From Xylanibacter ruminicola 23 (lineage in GTDB: Bacteria > Bacteroidota > Bacteroidia > Bacteroidales > Bacteroidaceae): a DNA stretch of 32,000 nt. The notes beneath the pieces are model-generated. The model saw only the letters and a program-made list of their open reading frames with translations, had not been told where the DNA came from and ran no database searches. The stretch spans positions 1,350,001-1,382,000 of the forward strand of contig NC_014033.1 in NCBI RefSeq assembly GCF_000025925.1, given 5' to 3'. The position numbers and the translations under genes were made by a program. Positions 27,501 to 32,000 of the stretch are shown one piece after another; the stretch's first letter is position 1, and every line of letters starts with the position of its first letter.

Positions 27501-28037
27501 AATTTTGAGGAACATGGCAACTGCTTGCAGACCGGTTTCCTAGGCACCAGTATCCTGATGGCTACACTCACCGAAAACGGCTTGGTAGATATTGCTTACG
27601 AGCTGCTTTTCCAGCGTAAGAACCCCAGTTGGATTTACTCGATTGACAACGGTGCCACCACCATCTGGGAGCGTTGGAACAGCTACCGTCGCGATAATGG
27701 CTTAGGACCTAACGGCATGAACAGTTTTAACCACTATGCCTACGGTGCCGTATGCGAGTGGATTTGGGAGACTGCAGCCGGTATTGCCACCGACACCCAG
27801 GTGCCAGGCTTTAAGCAGATTATCATGAAACCCGTACCCGACAAGCGCTTAGGTTTTGTGAAGGCCGAATACCAGTCGGCAGCCGGTTTGATTAAGAGCG
27901 AATGGAAATACGAAGGCGACCTGTGGTTGTGGAACTTCACCGTTCCCGAAGGAGCCACCGCCATCGTTACCCTACCCGGCGAGACAACCCCGAAGACATA
28001 TCCAAGTGGCACTTACCACTTACAAAAGAAACTCTAA
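24510..28037 (+). CDS. two-catalytic-domain glycosidase: N-terminal GH18 (chitinase/endo-beta-N-acetylglucosaminidase-like) fused to a C-terminal GH78 (alpha-L-rhamnosidase family)
   Basis: ORF 24456..28037 starts at a TTG inside the terminator hairpin, so it is trimmed to ATG 24510 (1175 aa). Signal peptide MKRLLLLFIGLMAFWHADA. GH18 motifs LSIGGW, DGIDIDWEYP, MSYD and GGMYWEYSND. GH78 motifs GLGVFELYLNGQPVGDEILKPGFTHY and VPTDCPQRDERLGWMADTQVF. Confidence 0.85.
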   Translation: MKRLLLLFIGLMAFWHADAGKQVMNRVVVAYVTAGTNDVPDPTLMTHINYAFGTVNKTFNGVDIQKPERLRVIAGLKQQNPDLKVLLSIGGWTAGRFSEMAATKQNRAAFAKDCKRIVDEFGLDGIDIDWEYPSSSEAGISSSPHDIDNFTLLMKELRRVLGKQKLLTIATICTAKYIDFKKCLPYLDLVNVMSYDMSDPNKAHHAALYPSPISGYCTGSEAVEAHLKAGVPKEKLVMGMPFYQKGRRQDAGVDEYLRTGILPVGYTRQWSDVAQADYIANEKGEFVWAYETTRSLGAICQYILDNNLCGGMYWEYSNDRTGEFSSLLSKMLLEQSTTVGHKTAALNTSAWQNTEWISVVNAPIVTGRADQVIRAADGANWFVSTIKNEKPVTQAKWMTTGLGVFELYLNGQPVGDEILKPGFTHYAKTKRSFTYDITEAFQKQTGNENVLSAQVTPGWWADKIITPGDHEGMIGKKCAFRGVLELTFADGTKQYYGTNCKDWKAGIAGQVKHAGIFDGEAFDARELPGFATPEKLSTPEVNSEFTGEIVPSDGAEVYLRRDLALRPAMAYIWQGVTGEKQAADKKDIEYGKVTIKRNYALGETITLNPGETLVVDFGQNTSGVPCFSFKANEGTTLTCLPAEILNDGNGAERRGMDGPEGSVHRRNLRIQNTGIRIDYTFANNPSFVSYYPHCTFFGYRYISVTATDKVEIQRVESLPVTSIAKGLEIGKITTGNDLINKLISNTVWGQRSNYLSVPTDCPQRDERLGWMADTQVFTEAGSFFANTDGFFHKWTRDVRDSQSATGGFPGVSPIAQYGNEMMRLGWADAGVIVPWTVWKQFGDKAIVDENWEAMERFMNHINEVKYNHEALVKENGNYQWADWLSCEALETCINLAFDENWKPRPDAIAYWNYLSACYWQIDAEMMRDMALATGRDASKYQQMAEAAQTYLKQQFLNQNGTFKTAVLNTMQTPALFALKNRLVDGAAKERMIQRLRQNFEEHGNCLQTGFLGTSILMATLTENGLVDIAYELLFQRKNPSWIYSIDNGATTIWERWNSYRRDNGLGPNGMNSFNHYAYGAVCEWIWETAAGIATDTQVPGFKQIIMKPVPDKRLGFVKAEYQSAAGLIKSEWKYEGDLWLWNFTVPEGATAIVTLPGETTPKTYPSGTYHLQKKL

Positions 28038-28041
28038 CAAA

Positions 28042-28081
28042 AAAGCCGCCCTTCAGCATTTTGAAGAGCGGCTTTCTTTTT
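28042..28081. terminator. bidirectional intrinsic terminator
   Basis: AAAGCCGCCCTTCA (28042..28055) pairs with TGAAGAGCGGCTTT (28062..28075): 13 bp plus one mismatch, 6-nt loop. T-runs follow on both strands. Lies between convergent genes. Confidence 0.7.
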
Positions 28082-28092
28082 GGAATATCTGA

Positions 28093-31000
28093 TTAGTTAA
28101 TCGGAGTTACCTCAATCACAGGACTCTGACCTCTACCATCCTCAGCTTTCCATTCGATGGTAACCACCTTCTGTTCGCCAGGCATCAAGGTGAAGTAGTT
28201 ATCGCTGTAAATCACAGGCAGAATCTGCTCGCCATCGGCACCCTTCAGATTGATACGCAGGAATGGAGCTACCGACTTACCAGTGTTCTTCAATGTCACA
28301 ACAGCCTTGGTACCAGTAACCTTTACGCTCTGCTGCAAGGCTGGTTTTGGCAGGGTGTTCAGGGCACGGAAATTATTCTCCTCTTTGCCCATGATATACT
28401 CGTTCTCAGAAATCACACCACGCTTACCTGCAAGTGTCAAACGCAGGAACCATACATCTGATGGCGCCTGAGCCTGCAACTTAGCCAACTTCAGGATGGC
28501 CTTGGTGGTATCCTCGTTGCTATTCAAACGAACCTTCTGCTGGCGCACTTTCTTACCATTCAGATCGAATACCGTTACTGTAGCGGTGATACCAGCCACA
28601 TTTCCTGCAGAGTGGTTCACTACCTCAACGCTATCCGTCAGAGCGTTATACTGAATATGTAAGGGCTCGCAGGCCTTCTTTACACCAAAGTAAGCCGCTG
28701 TGGGGTCGAAATAGTAATCGTAAGTCTGCCAAACCATCGATGGCCAGCAAGCATGACTCATCCAGATCAACAGTCCTGCACGACTTTTGCTGGTGCTCTC
28801 GTACATGCCACGATAACCGTTATAGTTAATGAGCTGAGCCCAACGGGTAAACTCCTCGGCGCTGCTAGCCTTGCCAAGTCCCTCTTCTACCAGTCCGTTA
28901 AACTCGCGGGCACGCTGGGCACCTAACAGGGTGTAATCGTGCATACCCCACTGTACGCTCTGTGGCCAGAGTGAATCAGGACTCAATGTACGCTTCAAAC
29001 TCTCGATATTCATCACGTTAGGCATACCACGCTCGGTGTGAATCTTACCACTCTGACGAGAGAAGTACTCCTTCATAGGCAGTGCCCAGTATGGACCGTG
29101 ACCACTCACACCATCATCAGCCGAGCTTGAGATAAACTCCAATCCAGGCGACAGGGTATGTACATACTCACGCAACTTGCGATCGATAGCCTCAGGTGGG
29201 AATCCCTCGTTACGTCCTACCCAGATACCAATGCTGGCATGACTGCGGATACGGCGCAGATAATCCTGTGCATTGCTCAGGAACAGCATATCGTCGTGAG
29301 GATCAGGTCCGTCGGCTGGGTTAGCCAACCAGAAGTCCTGCCATACCATGATACCATGCTTATCGCAAGCCTCGTAGAAAGCCTCGTCACCAATCTGTCC
29401 TACCCAGTTACGAATCATGGTGCAGTTCATCTCCTTGTGATACCCTACAGCAATATCGTACTCACGTGAGCGGTACAGCAGATTGTGCTCATCGAAGCCC
29501 CAGTTACCACCCAGTGGAATAAAGCGGCGTCCATTGATATACATGATGAGCGAATCCTTCAGACCCTCGTATTTCATCTCGCGGATACCAGCCTGATAGT
29601 TGATGGTAGATGCCACGCCGTTATCAGGGGTGAAGGTAAAGCCAGCCTCGTACAGATTAGGCTCGCCGTAACCATTAGGCCACCACAACTTAAAGTCGCT
29701 GCTGGTCAACTGCTTGTTGCAATGAGGACAGAAGCTTACCTCCTGCTCGGTGTTGGCAGGCAGCGTCATCTTCTTCTCAAACTTCACGTCACCAATCCAG
29801 CCCTTCAGGGTACCAGTAACTGGCTTGTTATCGTTGTTGCGTACAAACACAGCAGGCTTTACACTGGCGGTTTTGCCATCAGCAGCCAACTTGGTTTTTA
29901 CATATGGATCGCTCACAGTCACATTACCTGTTGAGGTGAGATAAACCTCGTTCCAGATACCAACCTCGCGTCCACGTACAGTGGTAATCCAGTCCCATCC
30001 GATGGTAGCATGGAAGGTAGGATTATCGGCACCAAGCAGTCCACCATTCAACTGTGTGGTGTTGCGGTCCTTCTCCTTTACGGCACCAAAGTACTTGTTG
30101 CACTCCACCTCTACTGCCAGGTAGTTCTTACCCTTATGCAGCAGACCGGTTACATTGAATTTGCCACGCATAAAGGCACCCTCGATACGGCCCAGACGCT
30201 GTCCGTTCAGATAAACGTTAGCTTTCCAGTTGATACCATCGAAGTTGAGCCACTGCTGCTCGCCATCAATACGCTCTACGTTGAACTCCTGACGGTACCA
30301 GAAGTTTGAGCGGAAATATGATTCTGAAATCTGATTGATATCGTCGGCATAGTTTGGATCGGGAACAGCACCGATATTCATAAACGATGCCAGCACGGTG
30401 CCAGGAACTGTAGCAGGCACCCAACTTCTACTATCATAATCAGCCGATGCAATCTGCTCGCCACGGGCATCCACCTCCGATGCACGCTGCAACTGCCACA
30501 TGCCGCCACTCAACTCGTAGCGTCCGTTCTTCATACCAGCCAAAGCATGTGGGGTGTAAACCTGTTTCTGCTTCGACAGCACCTCCAACTCACGCAGAGC
30601 ATAGCAGCCAGCCTCGCCGGGCTCCTGGAGGAGCAAGCGCACGTAGCGGGCAGTACATTGAACATTGACCATTGAAGATTGACCATTGAGAGATGCCACC
30701 TTTTTCCAGGTTTGGGCGTCGTCGGATATTTGAATGATGCCTTTCTTGGGGGCATAAAGCCAGTCGAGATTAATCTGCTCGATAGGCAGACTCTTTCCAA
30801 GGTCGGTGTATATCCACTGCTCGCCGCCACCATCGCTCATCCATACGCTGCTGAACTGCTGCGATGGCAACAGCTCTACATACTCGCCGATGGCATTCTG
30901 GAACTGCAACTCGTACACGTCCCAGTGGGCAGCGCCAGTCATATCCATGACCACACGCAGATGCTGGGTGTTTACAGGTGTTTTAAACTTAATCAGCTCA

Positions 31001-31623
31001 TCCAACTGGCGTGCTGGCAACAGGCTCTCCTCGGTCTGTTTGTTGGGGTCGGAATGCAACTTATAATACAGTGGTTTACCAGGCAGTTTGTCGCCCTTCA
31101 GTTCGCCAACCACCTGCCAGTCTTTTCCATTTTCCGAAGCCTCGCAACGAATGCTGTAGCCCTCGGTAGCCAGCTGGTCGTTATAGGCCATCATACCTAC
31201 CACACGTACCCCGGCAGTTTTTACTGTCATGGCACCGCTATAGTCGTACTGCAGCCAGGTCTTCTCGCCCATCAGGATATTCTTTGAATAGGCACCGCCA
31301 TCGATAGCCCACTCTGCCTCCTTACGGGGCAGCACACCATCCTGGGTAGAAACCTTCAGCAGGATGGGATCGGCAGTATCGCAGATACCATCTGTTACCA
31401 GATGTGCCGTCAGGTTGTAGTCGATAGCCGACGAAGCCCAGACCGCACGGTGGCGTGCTACATTTGTTAATGTCTGGCCATTCTCCACCCAGCTCAGTGT
31501 GGGTGCGTAATACTCACTCTTGGCACCCGGATACTGTCCGATGCCACGCGTGTAATCAGTTGGTTGAGGTGCAGCCACAGCGCACATACCGATACACGAA
31601 AAAATTGCTGTAAGATACTTCAT
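28093..31623 (-). CDS. GH2-family glycosidase (beta-mannosidase / exo-glucosaminidase-like subgroup) with N-terminal F5/8-type-C (discoidin, CBM32-like) domains
   Basis: ORF 28093..31677 trimmed to ATG 31623 (1176 aa), because a -7 box lies between the two ATGs. Signal peptide MKYLTAIFSCIGMCAVAAP. Two ARYVRL/HLRVVM-type discoidin segments. GH2 motifs LWWPNGYGEPNLY, VWQDFW and VGRNEG. Confidence 0.8.
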   Translation of the reverse strand: MKYLTAIFSCIGMCAVAAPQPTDYTRGIGQYPGAKSEYYAPTLSWVENGQTLTNVARHRAVWASSAIDYNLTAHLVTDGICDTADPILLKVSTQDGVLPRKEAEWAIDGGAYSKNILMGEKTWLQYDYSGAMTVKTAGVRVVGMMAYNDQLATEGYSIRCEASENGKDWQVVGELKGDKLPGKPLYYKLHSDPNKQTEESLLPARQLDELIKFKTPVNTQHLRVVMDMTGAAHWDVYELQFQNAIGEYVELLPSQQFSSVWMSDGGGEQWIYTDLGKSLPIEQINLDWLYAPKKGIIQISDDAQTWKKVASLNGQSSMVNVQCTARYVRLLLQEPGEAGCYALRELEVLSKQKQVYTPHALAGMKNGRYELSGGMWQLQRASEVDARGEQIASADYDSRSWVPATVPGTVLASFMNIGAVPDPNYADDINQISESYFRSNFWYRQEFNVERIDGEQQWLNFDGINWKANVYLNGQRLGRIEGAFMRGKFNVTGLLHKGKNYLAVEVECNKYFGAVKEKDRNTTQLNGGLLGADNPTFHATIGWDWITTVRGREVGIWNEVYLTSTGNVTVSDPYVKTKLAADGKTASVKPAVFVRNNDNKPVTGTLKGWIGDVKFEKKMTLPANTEQEVSFCPHCNKQLTSSDFKLWWPNGYGEPNLYEAGFTFTPDNGVASTINYQAGIREMKYEGLKDSLIMYINGRRFIPLGGNWGFDEHNLLYRSREYDIAVGYHKEMNCTMIRNWVGQIGDEAFYEACDKHGIMVWQDFWLANPADGPDPHDDMLFLSNAQDYLRRIRSHASIGIWVGRNEGFPPEAIDRKLREYVHTLSPGLEFISSSADDGVSGHGPYWALPMKEYFSRQSGKIHTERGMPNVMNIESLKRTLSPDSLWPQSVQWGMHDYTLLGAQRAREFNGLVEEGLGKASSAEEFTRWAQLINYNGYRGMYESTSKSRAGLLIWMSHACWPSMVWQTYDYYFDPTAAYFGVKKACEPLHIQYNALTDSVEVVNHSAGNVAGITATVTVFDLNGKKVRQQKVRLNSNEDTTKAILKLAKLQAQAPSDVWFLRLTLAGKRGVISENEYIMGKEENNFRALNTLPKPALQQSVKVTGTKAVVTLKNTGKSVAPFLRINLKGADGEQILPVIYSDNYFTLMPGEQKVVTIEWKAEDGRGQSPVIEVTPIN
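30656..30690. repeat. heptamer array, 5 x 7 bp (CATTGAA CATTGAC CATTGAA GATTGAC CATTGAG) inside the GH2 gene
   Basis: Read directly. On the coding (minus) strand it encodes LNGQSSMVNVQC, just before ARYVRL of the second discoidin-like domain. Confidence 0.9.
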
Positions 31624-31650
31624 ATTGTCGTAGTTTCTGATTTTTGTGCA

Positions 31651-31658
31651 CAAAAGTA
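31651..31658 (-). promoter_or_regulatory. candidate -7 promoter box (TACTTTTG on minus strand) for the GH2 gene
   Basis: Exact TAnnTTTG match 27 nt upstream of ATG 31623. Confidence 0.4.
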
Positions 31659-31701
31659 CAAAAAAAATGGATACCATACTAAACTTTCGTCATTTTTTTG
31701 C

Positions 31702-31709
31702 TATCTTTG
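31702..31709 (+). promoter_or_regulatory. candidate -7 promoter box (TATCTTTG) for the GH29 gene
   Basis: Exact TAnnTTTG match 29 nt upstream of ATG 31739. Confidence 0.4.
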
Positions 31710-31738
31710 CAACCATAACTAATATACAATTTCTATTT

Positions 31739-32000
31739 ATGCTAAAAACAAGAAGATTATGTCTGGCCTTAGGGCTGGCAGTGTGCCTGACGGTAGGCGC
31801 ACAGGATAACGAGATTCATCAGCGTTCCGAAACCTACGAGTGGCCAACCGACCAGCTGGTAGTTAAGAATCTTAAAGCATGGCAGGACCTGAAGTTCGGC
31901 GTGCTGTTTCATTGGGGATTGTATGCCGTACCAGGCATGGTAGAATCATGGGCTATCTGCGACGAGAACTGGATAACCCGCGACTCTACACGCACCTATC
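31739..32000 (+). CDS. GH29 alpha-L-fucosidase, 5' part only (runs off the right edge)
   Basis: Own translation gives MLKTRRLCLALGLAVCLTVGAQDNEIHQRSETYEWPTDQLVVKNLKAWQDLKFGVLFHWGLYAVPG... It has a signal peptide and the KFGxxxHWG motif typical of GH29. Open to the window end. Confidence 0.7.
   Translation, partial: MLKTRRLCLALGLAVCLTVGAQDNEIHQRSETYEWPTDQLVVKNLKAWQDLKFGVLFHWGLYAVPGMVESWAICDENWITRDSTRTY

Noticed and set aside
31624-31677. Upstream ATG extension of the GH2 ORF
   Set aside because: The candidate -7 box (31651..31658) lies between the two ATGs. The downstream ATG starts a canonical signal peptide.
1-32000. Search for tRNA, rRNA, mobile elements, toxin-antitoxin or defence systems
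   Set aside because: No integrase, transposase, restriction-modification, Cas, abortive-infection-like or toxin-like ORFs were found. No cloverleaf-capable intergenic segments were seen. Intergenic regions are short and are explained by promoters, terminators and repeats.

Overview
This is a Bacteroidota chromosomal window. SusC/SusD genes, TAnnTTTG -7 promoter boxes and the lack of Shine-Dalgarno sites look Prevotella/Bacteroides-like.

**1-10.1 kb, housekeeping.** A tightly packed minus-strand cluster runs ffh, folD, a mini TPR ORF, a four-subunit 2-oxoacid:ferredoxin oxidoreductase, and an inositol-monophosphatase/HD-hydrolase fusion. Also here are panE, queH, a DUF4890/Spy-like periplasmic protein, a frameshifted secreted-protein gene and a partial secreted-protein gene at the left edge.

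**10.2-32 kb, polysaccharide utilization locus.** It has an N-glycan-type enzyme set: an LmbE-like deacetylase, two GH20, GH125, GH92, susC/susD, a GH18-GH78 fusion, a beta-mannosidase-like GH2, and a partial GH29.

**Not seen.** I found no rRNA, tRNA, CRISPR, integrase/transposase or recognisable defence genes.

**Most unusual signals.**
- A family of about 35-bp arrays made of 7-bp units occurs at six places. Three lie inside enzyme CDSs. Three fill operon-internal spacers right up to the next start codon.
- Two unusual domain fusions are present: IMPase + RelA/SpoT-type HD, and GH18 + GH78.

All family calls come from motifs recognised by eye; no searches were run.
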